Shown here one piece after another: positions 1 through 14,005 of a DNA stretch of 64,000 nucleotides (the stretch's first letter is position 1; every line of letters starts with the position of its first letter). The notes beneath the pieces are model-generated. The model saw nothing but the letters and a program-made list of their open reading frames with translations, had not been told where the DNA came from and searched no databases. The position numbers and the translations under genes are program-made. Origin of the DNA: Lingula anatina (Eukaryota; Animalia; Brachiopoda); NCBI GenBank assembly GCA_051362555.1, contig CM120642.1, positions 2,418,001 to 2,482,000 on the forward strand. Reading direction: 5' to 3'.

Positions 1-2011
1 GCAGGTAAGGAGGAGGTAGGGAGGAAGTTGGGAGGGGGAAGAGGAGGAGGAGGAGGAGGGTGTCAATAAATTCCTATTTAATATATAAATAGCTTACTCC
101 TCACCCTCAATCCTCATTCTTAAATAGAGTGCTGTCCAGAGTGTGCAAAAGCCTTCTCTAGAAAGGACATCTTGGATAAACACATTATGACTGTACACCA
201 GGCGAAAGTTCAGCTTAATCTCCTGGCAAGTAATGAGTGTGGAACCGAGCCCACAGAAAATAATTTGGTGTTACAGCTGTACGATATGTGGCAACATTTA
301 TACGAAGTCATACTGGTCGAGACAAAGGGTTTTATTATGTTTCACCAAGGCATCCTTCCAATATACAAGATGACGATTTCTTTGTCTGAGCTGTACTGTA
401 TTCATAATAAGTAACTGTGAGAAGCGTAACATCGAAAAAAAGGAGGTTAACAGAGCTTTGTGGAATCTATATGTAACCACAATTTTTGTGGGAAAAGAAG
501 GAATATGTTAAGGTTCACCGAAGGTATGTGATAAACTCACTCATTTACAGGTACATATTGTACTCTTTTCGTTTAACGGAAAGTTATTTAAAACCACCAC
601 TGGTTATTTAAAACCAACGCTCGCGGTCCCGTCATGGGACGCGGCTCCACAGCAGAATAGTCACGTGGGAGCCTCTCCAATAAGGTCACGCGACAAGGTT
701 ATTTTCAGTTGCACCCTGGATTACGCACGCTTGCTCCGCAAGGTGTCGCCTGTGGCGGGGGGGCAACACAGCCCATATGGTTACTGTGGCGAAGGTGACA
801 GGTACTTCCAAAAAACATTTTTTCATAATTGTCATTTTTCCTCATTCTATTCACGAATTTGATATTTACGGCAATGGAAAATCTGGCACCGGCAAAAGTG
901 AATCTACAATGTAGGTGCGTTGACAGGCCACACAGGTGTCCCCAATTAACCGCCGCCAGAGAAGAGACCCCAAGCATTAAACAACACAACCTGTAGGTAT
1001 TGGAAATTTGGTTAAAGCTAAGCAACTGAGGCTTTATTAGATTTGGGCAGAAATCGAGGGGAATGTCCAGTGACATGCCAAACCCCTAAGTTCAAGTCTT
1101 GGCCCTTGACACCAGTAACGCACCCCTTAGTCAAGAATCTGAACAAATCAATGTTGGGCAGGTATGCTCTTATTTTCTACAGGCGTTTTGTGATTTTATC
1201 AACTTGATTGTCAAGTGCCAGACCTTTTGCTCCCAGGTACAAGTAGCAAACTTTATCAGATAACAATCTGACACTAACCATTCTGCACTAACAGCGCTGT
1301 AAACCCAGTTATCAATGGTGTCATCTTTACCTGTATCTTTACCGGTATTATGCCAGTGGTACGTTTGATACATTTGAGTAAGGAAATATGCTTAAATTCA
1401 TTTATAATACATAACAGGTTGATACGTTAGCATCAACCTGTTAATAAAAACTTGGAAACTTTCAATGTTATTACACAATAACAGTATAATGATGGGAGAT
1501 GTTATGATTAAATGCTTAGGAGAATAATAAAAACAGATTATGTGAAATATAAAATGAATTGATTTTATTTGGGTTATTTATTTCAAACCAATTAATTATC
1601 AAACATGAAGCTTATTTTTAGAAACATTTGCAGATATATGAAATATAACCTTGCTGGTACACAGATCTACAGTTCTAAAATGCAAATACCAAGTACATGT
1701 TCCTTTCACACACCACTGATGAGATGTGAATAATCATATGTATATAGCAGTAAAAATATCACAAGAAATGTGTAAGCAAGATATTTCTACAAGTAACCTC
1801 ATTAATCAGTCAGGCAACCTCATAATGCACCCAATAAATGTTGAAATTTGAGCCAGAGAAATTCTACATACAGGCATGACAGATTTACCATATATTGCCA
1901 CCAACCCTTAACTGAATGGGCATAGAAAGAACAAAGTGAGTCTCCCTCCCATTAAAAATGAAAAATAAAAATAAATAAAAAAACAGATACTGTCATTCTT
2001 AATACTGAAAA

Positions 2012-3193
2012 ACAATGGCACCTTGCAGCCTTCACTGCTTCACTATTTGCAAACAATGTTCTAGTCACTGTAACTGTGTACTTTTGATGAAGCATAGATG
2101 CAAGAATAACTCCTTTGAAGTATATTGTGAAGGTCTCTTTTGTCATAAATCAGCCACGTATAACCTGAATGTACATATTGCAATTCACACCGCAGCAGCT
2201 TGTCTTAGTAAGGACTCAACCAGTTGAAAACTTGAGGCACAGCTTCAGGGACAAGATCACACCATCTATCCTTGCTGTGATGATGGATCTCCTAGTACAT
2301 TATCTATGTCTTGTCCTCCTGGTTTCTCTAATACCATTTCCCCTGATCTATGCTCACATCAATCTCTACAGCTTTACCAACTGCTACACAGTTTTTACAT
2401 CTGAAAGTATAAAGCAAAAATTGTAATAAAGCACTATCAATTTACTTGTTAGATATTGATTTGAGGGCAAGAGAAAAAGGCAGAAACCTCATATCATAAT
2501 CAAGATAATTGAAAATCAAATAATGCATAATCAAATAGCTTTAATTTTATATACTACTGATGATTTAATCTTTTAAACTTCAGCATAAATTTCTCTTGTT
2601 AAAGCATAGCCACTTTATCAAAATGTGCTTGAACAAATAATAATAATAATAATGATAATAATAATAAACAACCTGCACACAAGATGGAACATGGAGGTCG
2701 ACTGCCACAAAATAAGGTGATTCGTACTTGGTAGCCTGAGAAATAGTATCAGGTATTAATTTAAGCAGTGAATTGAGTAATAATACCGAAGAGTTAACAA
2801 TGACACAAGAATACGGTGTTATGTAACAAAATCCATGCATTACTTGCTGTGGCAGTGTCCTCCTCAACCTATCGTGCACCGCAGGTTTCAATGTCATCAA
2901 AAAATTTTATTGTTGTTAGTTTGATCTATGTATCTGCTATTCAAATAATATCGTTTGGCAAATAACTAACTGATTTAATTTTGCTTTTGCAACATGAAAT
3001 TATAAATAAATTTGCCGGTTCACGTGTATACAGTACCTTGCTATCAGTGCTGCTCTTTTCTCCCCAACTCGCCACTGACAGGCTAACCACATCGTTTCAA
3101 AACAATGTTGGTATTCTCCTTTACTTTTGGTGTTGGCAGTTTCATCCCGGGGACATCGTTTTCGGTTAAAAACAACGTATCGTTTTCACCCAT
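2012..3193 (-). pseudogene. Degenerate spliced SAP-domain + SWIM-finger gene of the transposon-associated SAP/SWIM/YqaJ type (ISL2EU-like accessory ORF); frameshifted, with stops
   Basis: ATG at 3193 reads MGENDTLFLTENDVPGMKLPTPKVKENTNIVLKR[fs]WLACQWRVGEKRAALIAR (SAP-like). A GT donor (3036) joined to an AG acceptor (2401) continues CKNCVAVGKAVEIDVSIDQGKWY*, then WCDLVPEAVPQVFN and YFKGVILASMLHQKYTVTV...AVKAARCHC (start of the SWIM CxC). Family assignment is from motif memory. Confidence 0.55.
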
Positions 3194-3274
3194 CTATGCA
3201 TTGCTCCTGTACAAAATGGCCGCTTGTTGCCCCCCAAGGGAAAAATCGTAGCACGTGGGTAGTTACGCAAGACC

Positions 3275-3997
3275 TGTGACGTATAACGCGCGCATCGTTA
3301 TTTAAGGCCGTTAGCCGACAAGAGCCACGTGACTCTTTTTAAACTGGCAGTTATAGCTTTGGCAGCTAGCGTGGAAGACGCGTTGAGGGAGCAGGCGCTC
3401 TCCCACATCCTCCGGTGCCTCATATTTATTGCGTATTTATTTCCCACCCACCCTTAAGGTGGTGTAGGTAAACTTCCAGATTTTGCAAGCTCAGCATGGG
3501 AGCTATAGTCGTTTTATCATCAGTAGGTTTTTATACACAGTTATTTTCCATTGTGTCAACCTTTTTTCCTTTAACGAATTGTTATTCTATATATATTCCA
3601 ATCGTATGTAGTTAGTCGTTTATTTATTTTCTTAAATAACCTCTGCAATCCCGAAAGTGTTGTTGGTTTTAAACGTTTATATGATTAGTCAGCATATTAT
3701 CATTCACCTTGCTTCAGTCTTGAATGAACATTTATCATTCTGTGTATAAGTATGCTTGGGGCAAATGCATATCTTAAAGCTGATAAGTAGAAACGCTCAC
3801 TTGTAAACTTTGCATAGTAATAAGTATTTAAATCAGCTGCTGCCACTGTGGCATGCAGATAGATTCCCTGTAGATAATGTGTATAAATGCTGAATGCTGG
3901 GACTTAATAAACACACTTTATATTTAGAATTGATCATGTGAAGTTGTTGTTATATTCCCTCTCCCATGACAAGTGAAATATTAGAATAATCCCTACA
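3275..3997 (+). mobile_element. Candidate solo or 5' LTR of an LTR retrotransposon
   Basis: TG(3275)...CA(3997) boundaries, TATA-like GTATAAAT (~3881) and AATAAA (3906), followed 2 nt later by TGG (PBS position) and a GC-rich leader to ~4200. No second LTR, no tRNA match and no gag/pol recognised. Confidence 0.3.
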
Positions 3998-4227
3998 ATT
4001 GGCCCCATTCAGATCGAGAAGAGCAGAGTGCTAGCTAGGGCGCAACCTAAATATGGCGGACCTACCTGAAAGGTAGACCACTTAATCTTGCAATGGTCTC
4101 TCCGCCTCTCACACGCCTCTCCACGCGTCGTCCCTCGGCCAGTTGAATTGAGCCGAGATTCAATTACTGTGCCCCTACAGGGACTACGCGTGGGCATTCA
4201 AGGCATTTTATTTAAACCTGGGCAGCA

Positions 4228-4262
4228 GGGGCCCGTTTCACGAAGCACACTGTAAAAAACAG
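4228..4262 (+). mobile_element. Adjacent DNA-transposon termini: Harbinger-type GGGGCCCGTTTCACGAAGC followed by an EnSpm/CACTA-type CACTGTAAAAAA
   Basis: The first motif resembles the TIR of the 14006-14887 Harbinger element and is preceded by CAG. The second is a common animal EnSpm terminus. Partner ends were not found. Confidence 0.35.
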
Positions 4263-4841
4263 TGTTTAGCTCCTAAACACATTTCTAGGCGTCTGTTTTG
4301 TCTCATTTTTTCGACGCGTTTAGCCCTATAAGCACGTTTAGCCTCTATGCATGTAACACGCTTTGACGTGTTTGACGCCTAATTTTTAGGTGGTAATGGT
4401 TTTCAACTGATTCAGTCACACAATCACACACACACACACACACACACAGTCACGGTCACCTTTAACTGCTATAGCTATCTCTATCTATAACAGGGTACCG
4501 TGAAATGTCAACATCGCTAACTTCACACCATCACCTTTACAGCTGGACTTATTCATCCTTGTGTTAGTTGACCTTGCGAGGAATATACTGTATTTTTGAA
4601 CAACAAGTTAGGAAAATTCACTAGTTCACTAAGGACACGAAACAACTATCACTTTTACTTTAAAACATTTTTTCATATTTTGATAAAATACGTTTCGGTA
4701 TCGATGTCTTTTTATTTTTTTTCCGGAAGTAATGAACAATATTAATAGAACATCAGGATGATGGTGGGTATTCATTATAATATACTTTATATAAGCTTTC
4801 ATCGCATGCAGGTTATTTTGTTAGCGATAGTCCAAATACTT

Positions 4842-4910
4842 TACAAATCGCACCGCTCTAGTCGCCGACTAAACCCAAGCCCATTTTGGAATTAACCGCT
4901 AAGTAGTGTA
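4842..4910. repeat. 69-bp segment, copy 1 (identical to 7546-7614); looks like a TA-targeting transposon end
   Basis: tacaaatcgcaccgctctag...ccgctaagtagtgta is an exact duplicate; its reverse complement begins TACACTAC. Confidence 0.85.
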
Positions 4911-4984
4911 TCTGTCACATTATAATACATTTGTACCGGTATATATGGGATGAAAAAGTAAAATTTCATTTTGCTTCTTTTTCA

Positions 4985-7350
4985 GAACCATCAATCAGTA
5001 GTATAACTCCTCCCGAAATACAAGGTCCATCTCCAATGAAATTGAGATCAGTCTCAGGGCTTTGCTTATTAAAATTGCCAGTGTTTCCAGCTATCTGCAT
5101 TATTTGTAAAAAAAAGGATAGATACTGCAAGGAACAAAAGAAGAGAAGAAGGGATAGATTATCCATGGCAGAAAGTCTTGATGGTGGTAAGCTTATATTT
5201 ATTTGGTCTCATTTCATGAATTTAGATTATTTTAGTGGAAATGGTTATGATTGGCTGGAATATCATTTTCTTGCATATCTGAATCAAATACTGATTTTGG
5301 TGAGTTCTTTATTGATTGTGGTAGTTACACTGGTTACGAAGTACATCAGATTTTAGAATTTTTTTCAGGTAAATAAAGACTTAAAGAAGTAGTACTCTGT
5401 TTTGCATTCTCTTTAAGGGAAGCAGCAGGGAGAAAAAATGAAAGCATCTTGATGTATATAAGGGATAAAGATTGTGTGGCAATTTAGGTCAGATACCACC
5501 ACTCTTACTATCAAGAATACATCCGTCCTGTAAAGCAGGACACACCACAAGTTGTCATTGCGAATGTATGAATTACTTTTTTCCTGAATTTTTTATTTGT
5601 TTAAACATTGAACATAGTTTCTAACCTGACTATTATCACACAGCTGAATGCAAGTAAACGTTAATCTTTTAATGTATTCTGAAACAAATTCACTGATATA
5701 AAAGTTTGGAGTTCCTTTAAAATCCTATTTGTTTGATTCCATATGAAAAAGAAATGTGCCTTAAGTAAGTTAAAACTTTTAGATATTTCTTTATCTATAT
5801 TTTCAAAGAAAGACAGCCATACACAGTCATACAAGCTCTTTTGCAAAGAAGTTGTGCAAGAAAATGACAAAACTACTACAGCATTTCAAAAAATGTCATG
5901 AAACATGAGTCTGTAGGTGCATCCACCTACAGGTAAGTCAAATATCACCACAATTAATGCTGTGTCTCATTGGCTTCTGATTCATTAGGGTGTTTTAATG
6001 GTTTTACATTAATTTAGGAGGTACTCTATTGGGCTATGTTAGTAAATATCACAAAATATTATTTAAAATAAGTATTCATTTTGTTGTTGGAGTCAACTGA
6101 GCATAAATATCGTAATGAAAATGATTAAAAGTACAGATACAAAGTTGTGATCGTAATGAATACATTGTACCTTTCATAATTGATACAATATACATTTGTT
6201 AAGAGGTTAAACAGTGTAAGTAAGAGAGTTAAAGAGTGCATGTGTTGTTCAATAATAAAAAAAGAATAAGGGAGTATAGTTATCATTCCTTCAGGATGAT
6301 ACAATGAAAAATCTGTATTAATAGAAATGGCGACCTAAGGTCAAGTAACATACCATTGCCTAATAAGAGAATGATTATATTTTGGTAATGACGTAATGAT
6401 GGAAAGTTATGGAAAAAGGGATAATCATAGACATTGTGTAAGAGCTGAGGAATTATTACATTACCAAATAAGGTAATGTAGGAGAAAGACTTTGTGATAC
6501 ATCATGACATTGGAATGATGATCTATAGGATAAAAGCGAATACATTGTAACTGGAAAATAAGAATATACGAATAAATCTTTTAGGCCCCCAAAAGATGTA
6601 TGTTCTTCATTTATAGTACTGGCGAAATTTCGGTACTATATAAATATAGACTTTTAAAATTAGATTTAGGTATTATTCTTTCCATCTTTTTGTTAAGTTC
6701 ATTTCTTTATTTCTTTTGCATTCAGGATCAATCAGTTAAAAGCTCGTCTCAAGACCGATTTTCCTCATCATCAAAGTCTAGTAGTACATGCACTTTGGTA
6801 TATGAAGAGACCCTTGAAGCTGGTAGTATAGCAGAGAGATTACCAAGCTCAAATGAAGGGATGGCATCAACAGAAACTGACACAGCCTCTACTCCAGAAA
6901 GAAGACAACCACATCATTTGAATGGAGAAAAAACTTTTGCAGGCCTAATTGTGAAGAGTTGCTTAAAAGAAAAGCCTGGCATGGAGTGTGAGTAGCCTCT
7001 AACCTCTGAGAGTTTTGATGTTCAAAATGCTGCTGAAGTGGTACCTGTTGAGTTGTTTAATTTGTTAGCTTGGATTGTTGGTGCTCACCCTGAGCTTCAG
7101 AGATAACTTGACACTAACCTCTTCACCTGAAGCTCAGGGTATTGGTGCTACTCATGAAGCCACAATGGAAAGGGTTAATATCTCAGATGACGTGAAGCCC
7201 TAGTTGCTTTCAGTATCTACAGACATTCTATACATCACATCAAGCGGTAGAAAGCAAATACGCAAACAAGTCTTTTGCACTGGGGTTAACTATCCGCCAT
7301 TTAACTGGGTCATCAAAGCTTGTCACTTTGTTGACGAAATTTGGACACTG
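4985..7350 (+). pseudogene. Academ-like DNA transposase relic (intron-containing, with stops and frameshifts)
   Basis: Fragments ICIICKKKDRY...LSMAESLDGG; LREAAGRKNESILMYIRDKDCVAI*VRYHHSYYQEY; VVPVELFNLLAWIVG; DILYITSSGRKQ; FALGLTIRHLTGSSKLVTLLTKFGH*. These motifs are typical of invertebrate Academ-type transposases. Confidence 0.7.
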
Positions 7351-7367
7351 AGATTAATATTTGTAAA

Positions 7368-7422
7368 TAATATGAACAAGTAACACAGAAAGTTATATTT
7401 TACAGGTAAAATAATTAAGTTG

Positions 7423-7479
<57 letters not shown>

Positions 7480-7614
7480 GAACAAGTAACACAAAGTTAT
7501 ATTTTACAGGTAAAATAATTAAGTTGGAATATATATATATATATATACAAATCGCACCGCTCTAGTCGCCGACTAAACCCAAGCCCATTTTGGAATTAAC
7601 CGCTAAGTAGTGTA

Positions 7615-7642
<28 letters not shown>
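7368..7642. repeat. Tandem duplication of a ~60-bp unit + (TA)n, with the second 69-bp copy inserted in the TA microsatellite
   Basis: taatatgaacaagtaacac...ttttacaggtaaaataattaagttggaa(ta)n occurs twice (from ~7368 and ~7473); 7546-7614 is flanked by (TA)n. Confidence 0.85.
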
Positions 7643-7645
<3 letters not shown>

Positions 7646-8479
7646 CAGCCTTGCTGACTGTGAGCTGTTATTTCTTTTAATTTGCTGTTGTTACTAGACA
7701 ATGGTGCACTTAATTACAATAAACAAATCTCTTTTAAATTGAACCTCTGCAATTTAAGATGAACATAAAAACCTTTATTATTCGACCTTGTGCAAGCACT
7801 CAAAATAATATTGGAAATAATTTCTTGAGCACTTGCAAGCTTCATAAACAGACAGCCCGTATGATAGGCTACATAGTTTGCAAAGCTTACACACATATTT
7901 ATAATATATTTATCAATTTGAAATATGAAGCCAACCTGTTTTATGTGATTATATGCACTTTGACAAACCTGATAAATCAACTGCATTCAATGTAACAATA
8001 AAGAACATAAGTGATTGTATGATCACTATATAGGCCTATAGCGTAGTAGTGTGACCTTGTATGATTGCAGTAAAAGTGGTGCCGTGAACGCATGTCATCA
8101 TTTAGCATATTACATAAAAACACCAACATCTGTAACCTTTGTCTCAATATTGAGATCGATTTTAAAAACCTGGGGCGTATTTTTATTGAAACTACGCGTG
8201 GGAATCCTCTATAAAATCTGCAAGCTTCGCGTTGAAATTCATTATTTACATCTATCAGATGTAAGTCAAGTGGTCACGTGACCTCCTTTCCGTTGCTTTG
8301 ATTAGTTTAAAGGGTCGAACGACAAGACCGTTTTTGTTTTGATATTTCGACATAATTATACAATCGCGATTATCTATATGTTGGGACATCTTTCGTTTTC
8401 CGAGTTTATTGTGGACATTCCCTAACTGTTTATTTTCGTGAAAAGTCTCTGGCCCTACGATTATTTTAAGAAAAGAGCT

Positions 8480-8900
8480 TTTCTAAGAGCCTTTCCCCCT
8501 ATCAAGTGGGCGCCTGTTAGTGGGTATGCTGGATCTCCCAGATTTACGGTAGGAACTTGACCCTCAATTGAAACTGTCGGTTTGATTTTAAATACTTTTC
8601 CATCATTGATGTTTGAAAACACTCGTGCAGCATGCACCCTTCCTGTTCAAATCGTAAATTCATATCTGTCATTTGTTAAGCTCCTACTGGCTGGTGGATA
8701 ACTGAATGACATCGCTTTCTGTTAGGGCTTATATCATTTTTGGGTGTACGTCCAGGAGTAAGTATGGGGATGTAGGAACCATCTCTTTCCCCAGCCGCAC
8801 AATGGAACCTATTTCATTTTGTACCATTCCACAACTCTTTGTTCATCGACTTCTTCAGGAAACACTGTGAAATCATCTATCTTCCTGAAACGAAGTCATT
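8480..8900 (-). pseudogene. PIF/Harbinger (HARBI1-like) DDE transposase relic
   Basis: Minus-strand fragments DGSYIPILTP, NRKRCHSVIHQPV, GRVHAARVFSN and VPTVNLGDPAYPLT match Harbinger motifs (DGSHIPI, NRKG.HS..LQAV, G.VHDARVF, LLGDPAYPL). Contains stops and frameshifts. Confidence 0.8.
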
Positions 8901-9741
8901 CATGGTCCGTGCATACTCTGTGTAGGCCTACGAGTGGATAGTCCTATACCGTAGACGTCACTATAACCAAAACAACTCCGCTATCACCCTGTACTCAGCA
9001 TGTACTACGAAGTACCCTTACCGGTATCCTCGTTACCAGGTTGCACACAAATATGTGATCTAAGAGCTACTTTTATTCTACTTCTCTAAATATTCAATAT
9101 TAAGTTTTTTCATATATTTTTTTCACAAATTATTAATTACATGTTGTACGTCACATTTTCCTTTTTTTTGCATCTGATTTTTTAATGCATACCCTTTGTG
9201 AAGGACATGTTCTTATGTAGTGAAACGTGTACTATATATTGATTGATTTTAGTAAAAGGTGTAAGGCAGTAATATTCTTATTTTTATATAAGTGTGGATG
9301 TTTATGCAAATCTTAAGTACGTTAAAAAGTTCTTTAATGTTTATGTACTGACTAAAACTAAATTTGTTTTGTTGAAATTGGTAAGCCCTGGTTTAAGTTC
9401 TTTTGATGTTTATGTGAAGCTAAAAAATGCTCATTTTTGTTGAAACTGTGAAATCTTGGGTAAATTTGACTAGAATGTGCATCTTGTATTATAGCTTAAT
9501 ATTCTACCAATTACAGTAGTAAGTGTCGGTGGGTTAAAAAATTAAGTTCCTTCAAAAAGGAGATATGTGTAGTGAACCACTAATATTATTGATAATCTTC
9601 TAAATTTGCATACATGAGATATGCATATTTCTCTTATTGGTGAAAACTGAAACAAAGAACCTGAATATAACCTAACGGGCAGGTAATTACACTGTATTGA
9701 AATCTGGTTGTCTTATAGCCTAACCACATTTCTTGTCTGAA

Positions 9742-10600
9742 GCGAAACCATTGTCCTGCCACTGCTACATAACCAGTTATTCTCAAGTTATTTTTTACCT
9801 AGTAGGGCCTACTGCTAACTATGAACAGTTACTTTGCTATTTTCAGGAACTCACCAGAACTGTTTACGGTGCTGTTTCTAAAATGTCGCTGACATATTTG
9901 CTAGAGAAATATTTTCATGCCTGTCCAGTTGTCATCGTATAGGTAAACTGCGCAATGAGATTCCACCCCACCCAACTATAAATAAACAGTGGAAATACCC
10001 AGTTTCAATCGCGTGCGCAGAAGTCTTTTGAGCATGTTTTTTTTTTTCGGAATATGCCATTTTGTGACATAGTTGGGTAAGCTAAGTATTGAACAGTAAA
10101 ATTTCCTTGAGTTACAAAGATGAATATTGGAAATTCTCTTGCTCGGGTCCGTACTTAGAGCTGTCATACTTTTAATCTACTGTCACGAAGTTTATTTATT
10201 CCATTGAATATAATTTGAAAATCGATGAAAACTGATTACATAAATATACATCCCACCTGCTTTCCTCAGCTATAACAAAACAAAAAAACATTCATCTTTT
10301 CTTGTCTGGTCGCCATGCAAACTACTCAGACCTGGGTGGAGCGAAATCATTGTCCTGCCACTACTTCATAACCAAGTATTTTAAAGATATTTTCTTATCT
10401 TAAAACTGTTAACAGTTACTTTGCTCCCCTGCTATTTTAGTAACTCACCAAAACTGTTCACCAAAACGGTGATGTTTCTAAATGTTGCTGACATATTTGC
10501 AAGAGATATTTTCGTCCCTGTCCAGTTGTCAACACTGGTGCACAATAAAAATTCCCTTTCAAACCGTCGCTGTATAAATAAACACTGGAAATACCCATTC
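9742..10600. repeat. Diverged local direct duplication (~9742-10000 vs ~10341-10600)
   Basis: gcgaaaccattgtcctgccact...ctgtccagttgtca...tataaataaaca.tggaaataccc is present twice. Confidence 0.75.
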
Positions 10601-11334
10601 TTTGGAGCTTATTTGCCATGCCTTTTGTGACATTGTTAATTCATTTAAACTAACTTATTGTTATTATCATATTTTTGTAGACTAACAAAACACATTTATT
10701 TTCATGCTTAAGCCGTGGAAACGCGTATAATAATGGCTAAACGGAAAAGCTTATGCACGGAAAATAAGAAAATGAAAGAAAGAAAGAAATACACGAAAAT
10801 CAATTAATGGTAAAGAATAAATAATAATGAATGTTTCAACAACCCTAAAACATTTGGTGTTCACTTCGTAGACTTACCTAACCTTATTTTCAGACCAAGA
10901 TTGCGTACAATTCTCAATACTTATTTGTTTGTTCAGTCACCTTGTAAATGCATGCAGCTTGCATAACCTCACACCTATTGTGTGAGTTCTCTTAAACGAG
11001 GTCATACATTTAGTTTGCTTTTGAGAGGCTACCGACAAAAAAGTGAGTCTCGCCAGTTTATTGTATTTTTAATGGTGAAAATTACTAATATGTTGTCTTC
11101 CATAAAACACAGTATTCATAGATTTTATCTGATATCTGAGTGATGGAAATATGCGCTACGTTGACGACTTACTCGAACTGGTATTATACAAGGGCTCATT
11201 TGAAGGATTCCGCGGATGCGAAGCCGACCCCCCCCCCCCTTTCCCTCCTTGGCGTGGGGTTCGGGGCCCCCTTGGTTGCCAGGCTACAGTGTAGCACTTT
11301 TCACGTCATCGCTATAAATAAAGATGGCCGTTGC

Positions 11335-11985
11335 CATTGTTTGAACAATCGCTATATTCCCTTTGCAAACTATCTTTTAGTAGTTTTGTTTAACATTTAT
11401 AAACCCATATATCATACTACATGTTATTTTCTCTGACCAGTTGCCTTCATGGTCTTCACAACGCAGACCAGATTTGCGGATTCTTTTTTTCAATCATGCC
11501 TTCACTGTAACTCAAGTTCTTTAGGTGAATAATAGGCATTGACCTGATGTATGATCTACCTCATTTCAGCACTTTTTACTGCATCAAAGTAGTTCCCTAT
11601 TACTGTTATTATGACAACATCAATGATTTAACGAACTTACTTGAGATCAACCTGAGCGAAATCTTCATAAAATACAGATTTACGACATTTGCAATGTGAA
11701 GCTCCTTTTTTACTCTGTTGCGTATTTATTTATGCGAGCTTAAAATAACGTATGGAAATAACCTGTTTCGGTTAAGTCATCGTTATAAATATACCCTTGG
11801 CATACCCTTGGCATTGTTTGAACAATCACCATGTTCCCTTTGCAAAACATCTTTTAGTGCTTTTATTTAACATTTATAAACCCATATATCATACTACATG
11901 TTATTTTCTCTGACCAGTTACCTTCATGGTCTTCACAACGCGGACCAGATTTGCGGATTATTTTTTAATCATGCCTTCACTGTAA
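11335..11985. repeat. Local direct duplication of ~175 bp (11335-11509 vs 11812-11985)
   Basis: cattgtttgaacaatc...atcatgccttcactgtaa occurs twice with few substitutions. Confidence 0.85.
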
Positions 11986-14005
11986 ATAAAAATTGACTTT
12001 TGTACTTACAAATACAAAATTACTGTAGGTAAGAACTCGCACAAAGTGTTTATGTACAAAGCATGAATGAGTGCGTTGCTTATCGGTTTTTCTACATTGA
12101 CAAAAGGCTTAATATTTTTGTGCTACGAATTTTGAATGACTCATTCACTTATGACTCGCGAACCAAAACTATTAATTTTTATGATGTCATCTATTCTTCG
12201 ATCTATCAATATTCCCTTATTTGGTGTGATGATCTGTGCTCTTACAAAACATCTATTATTGTTTATCTGATTTTTAAATTTCTTACTCAGCACCTGTAGA
12301 CTTATAAATTTTAAAGGATACAAAATATTTTTACAGAGTTTTTTATCCATCTGCTGCCTCTCATTAAAAATAGCGACCATAATCAGTAGTAACCTAGAAA
12401 ATGTATACATTTTCCCGGATAGAAATTTTAATTTCCGTTAAATGTGAATTTTTAATTTGTATATATAAAAGGGTTAATAAATCTTCGTATGAGAGCTATA
12501 TTTCACAATAAAAACATTGTGAACAAGTCATAGAAATATGATATATTCTGTTTTACCACAAAAACGGCAGTTATAGCTATTATTCTGATATCTGAGTTTG
12601 TCATCAGACCATGTGACCTCCACAGATGGCCATACAGGTACTTAATATCTTAAGAGATTATAACAAAAAACGAGCTTTTTAGAAAAAAACAGGGACTAAC
12701 TTTGATTGTAAAAATGGATTCATTAACCATTGGTAAGTATGGAAAAATTGTTGTTTACTCCAGGAAAATGTATTTTTTGGCCAGAAAAAAAGAGTTATTA
12801 TCCCTTTAATGGCTGAATAAAGCCCCATCTTATGTTACCTTAGTTCAAAACTTTTATTAATATAGATTTTCATTTACCTTATCATGGCAGAATGATATGT
12901 CTATTGTTGCTATCTGTTACTTTACATACTGTAAGTTGCACTCTGATTCTCTTACTTGCACTCTTTGATATGAGTTCCAAATATAAAATTCATTTCACCA
13001 AATGAACAAAATAATGTTTGTATCTAAAAGCTTATTGTCACTACGATAGTATGTTTTAACTGCGATCATTATATTTTGATAAACAGACCATGTGTGTATA
13101 ACTAGCGTTGTTAACCTGTAAGGTTGTAACGTTTTGTTTTTGTTTTTTTATAATTGAATATTTAACATTAAAAACTTTTCGACATCACTGTCTAAAATAT
13201 CCTAGGCACCTAGTGTACTCAATTAAGTACATGGGTCGGATATCAGTCGTTTATGAGTCATATAGAATTTCGAAATGAAGTTAATATTTGTGTCAAGCAA
13301 GTTTATGGCGTGAGGTCCAGGCGGCCGTCTAGGCCAATGGGATTTTTGGCTCCCAAAAGTCGGAAATCTTATCTCTGCTTTTTTCTTTCACCAGCATACG
13401 CGTGACACGCATGTGAACAGTGTCTGTTAGCACAGGACAAACATTCCTGTTCTCGCCTAAGGAAATATACGTTCAGTCTATGTACATTGTGATATCGCTT
13501 TGTTTACATAATGTGAAGTACTCAAACCAAACAAACAGACCAAACAAAAGCGACACATGATTTCAGTTTGCACTTCCCAATGAACAATGTATCGAAAAGA
13601 ATGTATCAGCCTGTCACTGGAACAAAGACGGGGTTTACAAAACAAGCCATGAGTGAGTCCATTACCGGTTATCTGCGTATAAGTGGAAAATTTTTTCTAC
13701 TAAAACAAATGAAAAATTACAATGACGTGTGAACACTTTCGAAAACAGCCACTTAAATAGAAAGCGAAAAAAAAAAAAAAAAAAAAAACGGACAGATGGA
13801 AAAACAAAGGGATTCGGCTGTGGGCTTGTAGATACTTAATGAAAGCTCGTGTAAATGTCTAGAATGTCTTTTTCAAATAATAAAATGCTTGCGTCTTCTT
13901 TCGCAGTGTCGCCGGGTTTTAAAAATTGAAAAAAAGTCTGCGCTAGGCCTACGTCTTTTGGCACAGGTCATCATTTTAGTTGTTTGATGTTTGCGTATTA
14001 TCCTG

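Noticed and set aside
1281-1320. FCTNSAVNPVING, resembling a GPCR TM7 motif
   Set aside because: Isolated 13-aa match with flanking stops and no other TM segments; probably chance or an unrecoverable relic.
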